A stretch of 63,980 nt of DNA, filler included, from an uncultured Myxococcia bacterium (lineage in GTDB: Bacteria > CAZTWC01): the NCBI GenBank assembly GCA_964617105.1. It is 3 parts of 3 records of this genome, joined end to end, with 100 filler letters (N's around TTAATTAATTAA, not from the genome) between each part and the next. Parts side by side here need not be neighbours in the genome. Positions count along the whole stretch, not along the records: positions 25,652 to 50,703 come from CAZTWC010000019.1; 2 more parts are not named here. One strand, written 5' to 3'. A program made the translations under genes and the position numbers. The notes under the pieces are model-generated. The model did no database searches and had not been told where the DNA came from. It saw nothing but the letters and a program-made list of their open reading frames with translations. Positions 29,823-38,287 of this stretch are shown piece after piece; the stretch's first letter is position 1; the number at the start of each line of letters is the position of its first letter.

Positions 29823-30406
29823 CGATTTTTCCAAACTAGTTTGGTTAACTCTTTTCTTCCTCTGGCCAACCTTGAACGGACAGTGCCCACCGCTACCGAA
29901 GATATTGTGGCGGTTTCCTGGTAGGAGTGGCCCAATATATCGATTAAAATCAGGGTATCTTTAAAAGGGGAGGGGACTTTACTGATCAATAGGTGTAGAT
30001 TTTTGTCAGTTTCTGACTGAAAGAGGCTATCTTCTTGATTTATACTGCCCTCTTCAGCCACCTCTTCCAGGCCGATTTGGCATTTGGATTCCTTTCGGCA
30101 GTAATCTATAAAGGAATTGTAGATTATTCGCCAGAGCCAGGTGGAAAAAGAGGAATCGGCCCGCATCTTCTTGATCTTTAAAAATGCCTTGAGAAAACCA
30201 TCCTGGGCCAGGTCGGCAGCCAGTTGCCCGTTGCCGCCGCATATTCGCAGAGCATAGTTGTACACCTTCTGGTAGTGCTTAAGGGTTAATTGTTCAAAAG
30301 CATAGGAACTGCCAGATTGGGCCTGAACTAATAATTTTTTTTCCGATAAATTGGTATTTGACATAGGTTGTGGTTTGACAGGTGACTCTCTAACTATCCA
30401 GGTCAT
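29804..30406 (-). CDS. ECF-family RNA polymerase sigma factor
   Basis: Region 2 AADLAQDGFLKAF...SSFSTWLWRIIYN; region 4 GHSYQETA...VGTVRSRLARGR. Start may be ATG 30364. Confidence 0.92.
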   Translation of the reverse strand: MTWIVRESPVKPQPMSNTNLSEKKLLVQAQSGSSYAFEQLTLKHYQKVYNYALRICGGNGQLAADLAQDGFLKAFLKIKKMRADSSFSTWLWRIIYNSFIDYCRKESKCQIGLEEVAEEGSINQEDSLFQSETDKNLHLLISKVPSPFKDTLILIDILGHSYQETATISSVAVGTVRSRLARGRKELTKLVWKNRELFNR

Positions 30407-30881
30407 CCAGTATTTGATCTACCGAATTTTGATTTAGTCGCTTGGTGAGTGCATCGACTCCCGCTTCCCGGATAAATGATTTCAGGTATAGCACCAGATC
30501 GGAAACTTCCACTTCATTCATTTTATTCAGATATTCACTGACGGCAAATAGATCGTCCTCCAAATATTCCAAAATATCTTCAATCCGGTCACAACAGTCT
30601 AAAAAACATTCGAGGATATCTTTACTAAAGGTGATACGATGCAGATAAACCAGCCGGCTGCATTCTTCCATGGAATTGAGAAGATCGTTGATACTGGAGA
30701 TGTTGAGCACTGCAGCAGTTCCATTTATGGCAAATATTTCATCATAGATTTTCTTGAAATTATCAGTGGTCTGGTGATCCATTTTGACCTTCTGCAAGTA
30801 CATACGAATATTAAAAGACCCGTTGATACTGCTGTCTTTGAAGTCTACCAGATCGTCAAAATCTATATCTATCGCGCTCAT
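30390..30881 (-). CDS. Hpt/CheA-P1-like protein lacking the phosphoacceptor His
   Basis: IYDEIFAINGTAAVLN...INDLLNSMEE...ILECFLDCCDRIEDIL aligns by eye with the P1 consensus FRxxHTIKGxAxxLG...LxHxxE...D-LL---D. C-terminus LNQNSVDQILDDL. Confidence 0.6.
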   Translation of the reverse strand: MSAIDIDFDDLVDFKDSSINGSFNIRMYLQKVKMDHQTTDNFKKIYDEIFAINGTAAVLNISSINDLLNSMEECSRLVYLHRITFSKDILECFLDCCDRIEDILEYLEDDLFAVSEYLNKMNEVEVSDLVLYLKSFIREAGVDALTKRLNQNSVDQILDDLDS

Positions 30882-31060
30882 ATTATATTCTGTCTTAAAT
30901 TATCTTATCCCGACCCATAAATGCCTAACATTCTCTATAAAATTATACCATAATAATAATAAAAAAAAGTGAAAACCTCAACTGAATAAAATTTTGAGAG
31001 AATTTTTCATTGCCGAATTGAGATTCCCGCAGGGGAGAGGGGGTCAAGATTGACAGAAAA

Positions 31061-31088
31061 TTGACAATTCAGGTAAACCGGCTAAAAT
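31061..31088 (+). promoter_or_regulatory. Sigma70-like promoter upstream of motA
   Basis: TTGACA-N16-TAAAAT, followed immediately by TATAAT. Confidence 0.45.
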
Positions 31089-31115
31089 TATAATGTGAAC
31101 ATCCGGCAATTAATT

Positions 31116-31176
31116 TCATTGGTCGATTATTAATTTTTGGAAAAATTAAATAAAATCTCTCATTGGTCGATTATTA
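31116..31176 (+). promoter_or_regulatory. 17-bp direct repeat; second copy completes a sigma28-like promoter
   Basis: TCATTGGTCGATTATTA at 31116-31132 and 31160-31176. TAAA(31147)-N15-GTCGATTA(31166) resembles TAAA-N15-GCCGATAA. Confidence 0.55.
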
Positions 31177-31255
31177 CTATTAGGGAAGATTTAATAATAA
31201 CTTAGAGAATTACTATGAATTCTGGTAAGCAGGATTTTTACCGGCGGAGGATATA

Positions 31256-32017
31256 ATGGATCTAGCAACTATAATTGGGTTGGTCGCTGCTTTCGGCCTG
31301 GTTTTAGGCTCAATTGCCGCAGGTGGCGGCTTGGCGGCCTTTATTGATGTCCCCTCTCTCTTTATCGTTCTTGGCGGAACCGTGGGTGCGGTGTTAATAA
31401 ATTTTCCGCTCCAAAATGTTACCGGAGCTATGAAGGTGGCTATGAATGCTTTTAAGTTCAAGTCGGTAAAACCGGACCAGATCATCAATGAGATGGTCAA
31501 CTATTCCAACATGGCTCGTCGCGATGGTATTTTGGCTTTGGAAGAGGTTTCCGGTTCCACACCGGATAAATTTTTAGCCAAGGGACTGCAACTGGCGGTT
31601 GACGGCCAGGACACCAAGGATATAGAGAAGATTTTAGAAACTGAAATTGAATATATTAAGCACCGGCACAAGTTAGGAGCGGATGTCTTCACCGCGTTTG
31701 GAACCTTTTTTCCTGCTCTGGGTTTGATTGGCACTCTGATTGGCCTGGTGGGTATGCTCCAGAACATGGATGATCCTTCCTCCATTGGTCCCAATATGGC
31801 TATTGCCTTGCTCACCACCTTTTATGGCGCTGTTTTTGCTAATCTGGTTTGCTTGCCAATTGCCGGCAAATTAAAAAACCGGGATTCTGAAGAGGTCTTG
31901 ATTAAGGAGTTGGTTTTGGAGGGTATTTTGGCTATTAGTGCTGGCGACAACCCCAGGGTGGTGGAGCAAAAACTTCATTCCTACCTATCACCAAAATTTA
32001 GAATTTCTCAATTTTGA
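31256..32017 (+). CDS. motA: Flagellar stator A subunit (MotA/PomA)
   Basis: MDLATIIG, ARRDGILALE, FLAKGLQLAVDG, PALGLIGTLIGL, IGPNMAIALLTTFYG, GDNPR. Confidence 0.95.
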   Translation: MDLATIIGLVAAFGLVLGSIAAGGGLAAFIDVPSLFIVLGGTVGAVLINFPLQNVTGAMKVAMNAFKFKSVKPDQIINEMVNYSNMARRDGILALEEVSGSTPDKFLAKGLQLAVDGQDTKDIEKILETEIEYIKHRHKLGADVFTAFGTFFPALGLIGTLIGLVGMLQNMDDPSSIGPNMAIALLTTFYGAVFANLVCLPIAGKLKNRDSEEVLIKELVLEGILAISAGDNPRVVEQKLHSYLSPKFRISQF

Positions 32018-32029
32018 TAGGAGAGCATT

Positions 32030-32737
32030 TTGGCCCGTAAAAAGAAAAAAGTGGAGGAAGAAGAGGGTGATAGCTTTATCGTTATGTTCACCTCCCTGAG
32101 CGTTATTTTGCTTGCTTTTTTTATTTTGCTCAATTCACTGGCGACTCCGGATGAAAAAAAGGAGCGGACAGCCCTGGGATCATTGGCCGGTGCTTTTGGT
32201 ATCCTTACCGGTGGATTTGGTTTTGATCCAAACACGGTTTATTTTGAAAAAGGCGCTCCCATGATCAAGGCATCGGAGGAAATCCAAATATTGATGAAAA
32301 AGGTGAAGCGGGGTATGGAGAAAATGGAATTTGCCACTGGGGTTGAATTTCACGAAACCGCCCAGGATTATCGTATATCTTTTCGGGACGGCCTTTTTTT
32401 TCAATTGGGCCGGGCAGAATTGGACCCGGTCAGGTTTCCGGTGTTGGATATTATTGCTCAGCATATAAAAAGCATCAGGTTTCCTGTGAATATTGAAGGC
32501 CATACTGATAGTTTGCTATCAAAAGGAGGCGAGAGGCAAAATTGGCTTTTGTCTACTCAGAGGGCTATGGCAGTTTTACGTTATTTCGAGGAAGCGGCTA
32601 AAGTTCGTCGTCGGTATTTGCAGGCTGGCGGCTACGCTCATTACCACCCCAAAGTGCCTAACACTACGCCGCAAAACCGGGCTCAAAATAGACGAGTAGA
32701 GATCGTTTTTATTAAACCTAAGTTCAGAAAGAGATAA
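32030..32737 (+). CDS. motB: MotB-like stator subunit 1 (TM Asp absent, canonical OmpA-like domain)
   Basis: TM FIVMFTSLSVILLAFFILLNS; IEGHTD, NWLLSTQRA, NRAQNRRVEI. TTG start with GGAG RBS. Confidence 0.85.
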   Translation: MARKKKKVEEEEGDSFIVMFTSLSVILLAFFILLNSLATPDEKKERTALGSLAGAFGILTGGFGFDPNTVYFEKGAPMIKASEEIQILMKKVKRGMEKMEFATGVEFHETAQDYRISFRDGLFFQLGRAELDPVRFPVLDIIAQHIKSIRFPVNIEGHTDSLLSKGGERQNWLLSTQRAMAVLRYFEEAAKVRRRYLQAGGYAHYHPKVPNTTPQNRAQNRRVEIVFIKPKFRKR

Positions 32738-33543
32738 TGGCGCAATCAGATATACAAAACTCCATGGATAAAGAGTTGGAGCGGCGGGAACGGGATGAGG
32801 AGAAAAAACCCAAAAAAGACTCGGGGGGGGGAGATGGTAATCCAAATGCTTGGATGATAACGTTTTCCGATCTGGTAAATTTGATGATCACTTTTTTTGT
32901 GCTGTTATTATCGATGAGTTCCCTGGACGCTAAAAAAGTAAAACAAACTTTTGAGGCTTTTTCAGAAGTAGCCTATGTTTTGCAAGGTTCTGAGTATAGG
33001 GAAGTACGTCCTGAGATTATTCAGACGGTAGACCCCTTTATTTTTTCCACCGTGGCCGAAGGATTGGTAAAATACCTCAAAGAGTCGGATGAAAAAGTCC
33101 GCCGGAGTATAATGCAAAAATTGGCAAAAACATTTGCACAGAAGGTTTTTCGTAAATTTATAAAAATAGAGGTGGAGAAAGAGCATCCAGAAGTATATTT
33201 GGCTAATAATTTATTATTTGTTGATGGCAGTGCTGAATTAAGTGAAGAGGCTAAGAAATTTTTACGGGAGTTTTCTGAAATTTTAAAGATCGATAAATTC
33301 AAACTCAGGGTAGAGGCTCATACCAATCTGGAGCCTAAAGATAAAAAGAGATATCCCACCAGTTGGGATTTGGCTTTGAACCGTTCGGTAAATGTGGTCA
33401 GTTTCCTGACTGAAAAGGTGGGAGTCTCTCCCCGGGATTTATCGGCCTCTGCTTATGGGGCGCCTTACAATATACCGGCGAGACATATATCCACCGACTT
33501 TGCTGAGAAACGGCAAGTTAAGTTGATATTGTTAAAAAAATAA
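32737..33543 (+). CDS. motB: MotB-like stator subunit 2 (TM Asp present, divergent OmpA-like domain)
   Basis: WMITFSDLVNLMITFFVLLLSMS; VEAHTN, SWDLALNRS, KRQVKL. TAATG overlap with the upstream gene. Confidence 0.85.
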   Translation: MAQSDIQNSMDKELERRERDEEKKPKKDSGGGDGNPNAWMITFSDLVNLMITFFVLLLSMSSLDAKKVKQTFEAFSEVAYVLQGSEYREVRPEIIQTVDPFIFSTVAEGLVKYLKESDEKVRRSIMQKLAKTFAQKVFRKFIKIEVEKEHPEVYLANNLLFVDGSAELSEEAKKFLREFSEILKIDKFKLRVEAHTNLEPKDKKRYPTSWDLALNRSVNVVSFLTEKVGVSPRDLSASAYGAPYNIPARHISTDFAEKRQVKLILLKK

Positions 33544-33638
33544 GATACTATACGTTCATATTTAATGGACTTCTTTCCAGTCAGGTTTTAACTTGCCGGG
33601 AAGTTATTTTTGTAAGCGCTCTAAGGAGGAAAATAGGA

Positions 33639-34217
33639 ATGCCCCCCGAAGACAATGAAGAAATGGAAGAAAATGAAGGTGAAAGTAAACCAAAGAAAAA
33701 GAAACCGCCTATTTTATTGATTATCGTTATTTTAAACGTAGTTATAATGATAGGTCTTCTGGTTTACTTGGTTTTGAGAATGCCATCTGGTAATACGCCA
33801 CCGCCGGCGCCGGCTGAAGGGGGGGAAGTTGCCCCAGCAGCAGCCGGAAGTGCGTCAGCGGAAAAGAGTACTGAAAGCAGCAAGAAAAAGGAAAATGCCG
33901 CCGATGTGCCCCTGAGCGAATTGATTTACAAGTTTAAAACTTTTATTGTCAATTTGAACGAAATTTCCGGCACCAGGTATTTAAAGACAGTAGTCGAAAT
34001 TGAAATGAGTAATGTAGAATTAAAGGAGGAGATCGAGGCTAAAAAACCTCGGCTCACCGATTTGGTCATCGATTACCTCTCAAGCCTTTCTTATGCTGAT
34101 ACTCAGGGTATGAGCGGCAAAGAGGAGATAAGAGAAAGTTTGCGCCACCGTATTAACCAGGTGTTGAAAAAAGGCAGAGTTAAGCGGGTATATTTTACCG
34201 AGTTTGTAATTCAGTAA
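33639..34217 (+). CDS. fliL: Flagellar protein FliL
   Basis: Single TM, FIVNL, RYLK, VYFTEFVIQ C-terminus. Confidence 0.93.
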   Translation: MPPEDNEEMEENEGESKPKKKKPPILLIIVILNVVIMIGLLVYLVLRMPSGNTPPPAPAEGGEVAPAAAGSASAEKSTESSKKKENAADVPLSELIYKFKTFIVNLNEISGTRYLKTVVEIEMSNVELKEEIEAKKPRLTDLVIDYLSSLSYADTQGMSGKEEIRESLRHRINQVLKKGRVKRVYFTEFVIQ

Positions 34218-34227
34218 AAGAAAGTAA

Positions 34228-35229
34228 ATGGAACAGATATTATCACAGTCAGACGTTAATGCCCTTTTATCGGCTGTTGAAGGGGGGCAGGTTGAGCAGG
34301 AGGAGCAAGAAGTCTTTCTGGAAGGGGATGTGGCCCCTTTCGACTTAACTAGCCAGGATAGAATTATCCGGGGCCGGTTGGCTAACCTGGAGATATTGAA
34401 TGACCGTTTCAGCCGTGTATTCAGGGTTTCTCTCTCAAATTCCCTGCGCAAAATGGTGGAGGTCAGTGTTGAGTCCACTGGGTTGATGAAATTCAGTGAA
34501 TTTTTAAGTTATCTTCCGGTCCCATCCTGTATAAATTTGCTAAAAATGCCGCCCCTCAAGGGCACCAGTTTGATCTCCATCGAGGTAAAATTACTCTATG
34601 GACTTTTAGATCTGTTTTTTGGCGGTACCTCTTATTTTACTCCCCATGCCAAGGTAGAGGGGCGTGATTTTACCGTAATCGAATTGCTGTTAATTAAGAA
34701 AATTCTTGATATTTTTCTCTATGACATCAAACAGATTTGGGAACCAGTATTTGCTATATATCCCGAATATATACGTACAGAAATAAATCCCCAGTTTGTG
34801 GTGGTGGTCCCGCAGACCGATGTGGTGATTAATTCCAGTTTTGAGGTTGAAGTTGAGCAGTTGCGGGGCAAGATTAACTTTATTATCCCCTATTCCATGG
34901 TGGAGCCAATTAAGCAGAAATTAACCGGCGGAGTTCAGAGTGAACAAATAGAAACCGATGATACCTGGCAAAAGAGGTTGGCAGTTCATATATTTGACAT
35001 GCACTCCAACCTGATTGCCCAGTTGGGAACTTCTAACATCACCATAGAGGAGTTCCTGACCATGCAAAAAGGGGATATTATTCAACTGGATAAATATGCT
35101 GATCAGCCCCTGGAGTTGATGGTGGAAGGTTCTTTGAAGGCTATTGGGCAACCTATGATTTATAAGAATAATTTGGCGTTGAAGGTTACTGGGTTGGTTA
35201 ATTGGGATCCATTAATCAGTTCTTCTTAG
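34228..35229 (+). CDS. fliM: Flagellar motor switch protein FliM
   Basis: ILSQSDVNALL, DLFFGG, RDFTVIE, EINPQFV, IPYSMVEPIK, SpoA C-terminus. Confidence 0.96.
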   Translation: MEQILSQSDVNALLSAVEGGQVEQEEQEVFLEGDVAPFDLTSQDRIIRGRLANLEILNDRFSRVFRVSLSNSLRKMVEVSVESTGLMKFSEFLSYLPVPSCINLLKMPPLKGTSLISIEVKLLYGLLDLFFGGTSYFTPHAKVEGRDFTVIELLLIKKILDIFLYDIKQIWEPVFAIYPEYIRTEINPQFVVVVPQTDVVINSSFEVEVEQLRGKINFIIPYSMVEPIKQKLTGGVQSEQIETDDTWQKRLAVHIFDMHSNLIAQLGTSNITIEEFLTMQKGDIIQLDKYADQPLELMVEGSLKAIGQPMIYKNNLALKVTGLVNWDPLISSS

Positions 35230-35244
35230 TTAGTGTCGGATGCC

Positions 35245-35290
35245 GATAGCGGCGCATCTGCGGCTGACGTAGGAGGTGTCCCTTTAGAGA
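35245..35290 (+). repeat. Degenerate copy of intergenic repeat family B
   Basis: gatagcggcgcatctgcggctgacgtaggaggtgtccctttagaga shares blocks with 54059-54101 and 55530-55602. Confidence 0.6.
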
Positions 35291-35473
35291 AAGGTGCCCG
35301 CCTACATCTACTTGAAGTCCTGTTATTGGGTGAGCCATGAGGTTGACTGGTTGTCAGGATCTTGACGAAGGGGAGCTGGAAAATGGTGTTTGTTTCCTAT
35401 CTGTTTTACCGGTTAGGGTGCGTAACCCCAATAGAATAGGGCTAAATATTTACTTCTAGTAGGCTAAAGCAAC

Positions 35474-35490
35474 TTGGCATAATTTTAGCA
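35474..35490 (+). promoter_or_regulatory. Sigma54 (-24/-12) promoter upstream of fliN
   Basis: TTGGCATAATTTTAGCA has exact GG-N10-GC spacing, 30 nt before the fliN start. Confidence 0.7.
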
Positions 35491-35519
35491 TAAAATATAA
35501 ACCGTAATGGTGAACAACA

Positions 35520-35849
35520 ATGGCTGATGAACAAGAAAACAACACCTCAGAGGAAAAAGAGGAGGAAACAACAGACATTCTTACAGAAGTTCCTTCTCTG
35601 AGGATGTTATTAGATGTCAACCTGGAGGTATCAGTGGAGTTAGGCAGAAGTAAGATGTTAATCAAAGAACTTCTGGACTTGAACGAGGGGTCAGTGGTGG
35701 AGTTGGCAAAATTGGCCGGAGAGCCTTTGGATATCCTGGTTAATAACAAATTAGTGGCCAGGGGAGAGGCTGTGGTGGTCAATGAGAAATTCGGTATAAG
35801 ATTAACCGATATAATAACTCCGGCGGAAAGGCTGGAAAAGTTAAAGTAG
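35520..35849 (+). CDS. fliN: Flagellar motor switch protein FliN
   Basis: LLDVNLEVSVELGR, GSVVELAKLAGEPLDILVN, ARGEAVVVNEKFGIR. Confidence 0.96.
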   Translation: MADEQENNTSEEKEEETTDILTEVPSLRMLLDVNLEVSVELGRSKMLIKELLDLNEGSVVELAKLAGEPLDILVNNKLVARGEAVVVNEKFGIRLTDIITPAERLEKLK

Positions 35850-35969
35850 AGGAATATTAACAGGCAAACATTTTGGGTCAAAAGCGGACAGCGTTGGTGA
35901 GCTCCCACTCTTAAAACGATTATTTATGTCCCTTAGTTTTTAAGTGGCAACACTTGGAGGCCCGAGATT

Positions 35970-37178
35970 ATGAAAGTTAAAATCCTATCGTGCTTACTAT
36001 TTGTATTTATTGCATTCTCTATCCCCGAGGCTTTTGCTTCTTCTGATAGGCAGGGGAAACTGAAGGCGGTAAAGATCCTCGATAAAGGGGATTATTTACA
36101 GGTCCATTTAAAATTCAATCACCGCTATCCCGCCAGGGCGCGCCGTATTTTATACAATAAGAATCGGCTGACTATCTTTTTACCGGTTCAGCAGAGCAGG
36201 GCCGAACTGGCAAATATCGTTACCTTTCCCTCTTCTTCAAGACCCCGCCAGTTGAAAAAAATTAATTTGAATCACCTGGACCAGGGTGGAGTAAAATTGA
36301 TCCTGAGCATGGATTATTCCATCATCAAGGTGGCCAAAGGGATTAAATCATCTATTAACGGCAATACTCTAATTTGTACCATACCTTATTATAATAGTTT
36401 TACTGCCCATAAGAGTAACAACGGGCGGACAGCACCGGCTGACTATGAAAGAAAAGATGCAGAGGAATCAGATAGAGTAGTATACGCCGGCAATAGTAAT
36501 GATAAGCCCAACCGCCAACCGCATAAAAAGAACAAAAACCGAGCAGAGTTGAACAAGATTCGGGAGATAATCTTAGGCGGTGATGAGCAAGAAGAGAAGG
36601 TGAAAAATCTAAAACCAGTAGTTGAAGATCAGCATGCCCCAAATGGTCAGGATGATTTAGTGGAAGACCAGGAGGGGGCACGGCTCCTGGCGGCTCTCTA
36701 TCCCTCAACCGGTAACCCTGCGGTTAAAGCGCCCAAAATCAAAGTTAAAAAAGATGCCTTCACCCCCATGAAAATGCCCCTGGCCCTGGTGATTACCATA
36801 GCCTGCTTTTTCGCCTTTATGGCCCTTTACAAGTATTTTCAGAAAAAGGGGAGTCCCACTCTGACCGACACGGAGTCAATTGAGATAATTTCCAGGAGAA
36901 ACCTGGGTAATAAACAGCAGTTGGCCCTGGTAAAAGTGATGGGTGATACTCTGTTGATCTCTTCCGGTGACCAGGGGATCTCCCTGTTGAGCCGGATTGG
37001 CATAAACGGGGATGATGATAAAGTGTCACAGTTTTTGCAAAAAGATAATGTTAGTCTAGAAGGTCCATTTGCCCAGCAATTGAAGCGGGCCAAAAATGAA
37101 CTGGTCCAAAAACAGCGGCCTATAGATTCCATGGTTGATAGTATCAACGACAAGATTAGACAATTACAGAGTATTTAA
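35970..37178 (+). CDS. fliO: FliO with large N-terminal exported domain
   Basis: Located between fliN and fliP. Signal peptide (AFA|S), TM near residue 270-290, then IEIISRRNLGNKQQLALVKV...LLI...ISLL (FliO pattern). Confidence 0.75.
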   Translation: MKVKILSCLLFVFIAFSIPEAFASSDRQGKLKAVKILDKGDYLQVHLKFNHRYPARARRILYNKNRLTIFLPVQQSRAELANIVTFPSSSRPRQLKKINLNHLDQGGVKLILSMDYSIIKVAKGIKSSINGNTLICTIPYYNSFTAHKSNNGRTAPADYERKDAEESDRVVYAGNSNDKPNRQPHKKNKNRAELNKIREIILGGDEQEEKVKNLKPVVEDQHAPNGQDDLVEDQEGARLLAALYPSTGNPAVKAPKIKVKKDAFTPMKMPLALVITIACFFAFMALYKYFQKKGSPTLTDTESIEIISRRNLGNKQQLALVKVMGDTLLISSGDQGISLLSRIGINGDDDKVSQFLQKDNVSLEGPFAQQLKRAKNELVQKQRPIDSMVDSINDKIRQLQSI

Positions 37179-37218
37179 GGAGTAGGGTAGGGAACTGTAG
37201 TTAAGATAAACATTTTTT

Positions 37219-38001
37219 GTGGATGAGACAATTATGAATAACAATTTAGTAAAGATAGCAGTTTTTTCGGGAATGGCCGTAGCCACTATGCTCCTTTTAC
37301 CATCTATTGTTCAGGCCGAACCCCTTAGCGTCCCCAAACTGAATTTTTCGCTGGACGGCGTTCAGAAACCAAAAGAGGTGGTGGGTGCCATTAAAATTAT
37401 GATATTGCTCACGGTGCTCACCCTGGCGCCGGCAATTATGATCTCTATGACCTCTTTTACCAGGATTATCATAGTCTTTTCATTTTTACGCCAGGCAATG
37501 GGCACCCAGCAAGTTCCCCCTAACCAGATAATGGTAGGGTTGGCTCTATTTTTGACCTTTTACATAATGGCCCCTGCCTGGGAACAGATAAATCAAAACG
37601 CTCTTAAGCCTTACCTGGCTGAGGAGATTAGTCAGGATACAGCCATTACGGAGGCGCTAAAGCCCATCAGGCGTTTTATGCTCAAGCAAACCAAAGAGAA
37701 AGATTTGGCGCTTTTTTTCAAGATGTCCAAGCACAAAAAACCTCAATCTATAGATGAGGTTCCCACCTATGTGGTAATCCCCGCTTTTGTGTTGAGCGAG
37801 TTGAGGACCGCCTTTCAAATGGGTTTTATGCTCTATGTCCCCTTTTTAATTATGGATATGGTGATCTCTTCGGTGCTGATGGGGATGGGTATGATGATGC
37901 TGCCGCCACCGTTGATATCGCTGCCATTAAAGGTGATTCTCTTTGTGTTGGTAGACGGTTGGAATTTGATTATTAACTCGTTGCTAAAGAGTTTTTCTTA
38001 A
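37219..38001 (+). CDS. fliP: Flagellar export protein FliP
   Basis: LTVLTLAP, MTSFTRIIIV, LRQAMGTQQVPPNQ, PAFVLSEL, MGMMMLPP, FVLVDGW. Start may be ATG 37234. Confidence 0.97.
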   Translation: MDETIMNNNLVKIAVFSGMAVATMLLLPSIVQAEPLSVPKLNFSLDGVQKPKEVVGAIKIMILLTVLTLAPAIMISMTSFTRIIIVFSFLRQAMGTQQVPPNQIMVGLALFLTFYIMAPAWEQINQNALKPYLAEEISQDTAITEALKPIRRFMLKQTKEKDLALFFKMSKHKKPQSIDEVPTYVVIPAFVLSELRTAFQMGFMLYVPFLIMDMVISSVLMGMGMMMLPPPLISLPLKVILFVLVDGWNLIINSLLKSFS

Positions 38002-38013
38002 AGGAGTGCAAAG

Positions 38014-38283
38014 ATGAATCAGGAATTTTTGCTAAGTTTTGCCAAACAGGCCATTTTGGTGGCCGCCTGTACCGCCGGTCCTATGCTGCTAATCGGTATG
38101 GTGATAGGTATTATGATTTCCATGTTTCAGGCGGTGACTCAGATAAACGAGATGACTTTGACCTTTATACCCAAAATAATCGCCACCGCCCTGGGCGGTA
38201 TTATCTTCGGCCCCTGGATGCTGGAGAAAATGCTCGATTTTACTACTGGAATTTTTACCAACCTGGTTACATATATTAAGTGA
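38014..38283 (+). CDS. fliQ: Flagellar export protein FliQ
   Basis: FQAVTQINEMTLTFIPKI, GPWML. Confidence 0.97.
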   Translation: MNQEFLLSFAKQAILVAACTAGPMLLIGMVIGIMISMFQAVTQINEMTLTFIPKIIATALGGIIFGPWMLEKMLDFTTGIFTNLVTYIK

Positions 38284-38287
38284 ATAG

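Noticed and set aside
35850-35969. Possible c-di-GMP-I riboswitch before fliO (GGCAAAC present)
   Set aside because: No GNRA-capped P2 stem or GACGCAAAG junction follows.
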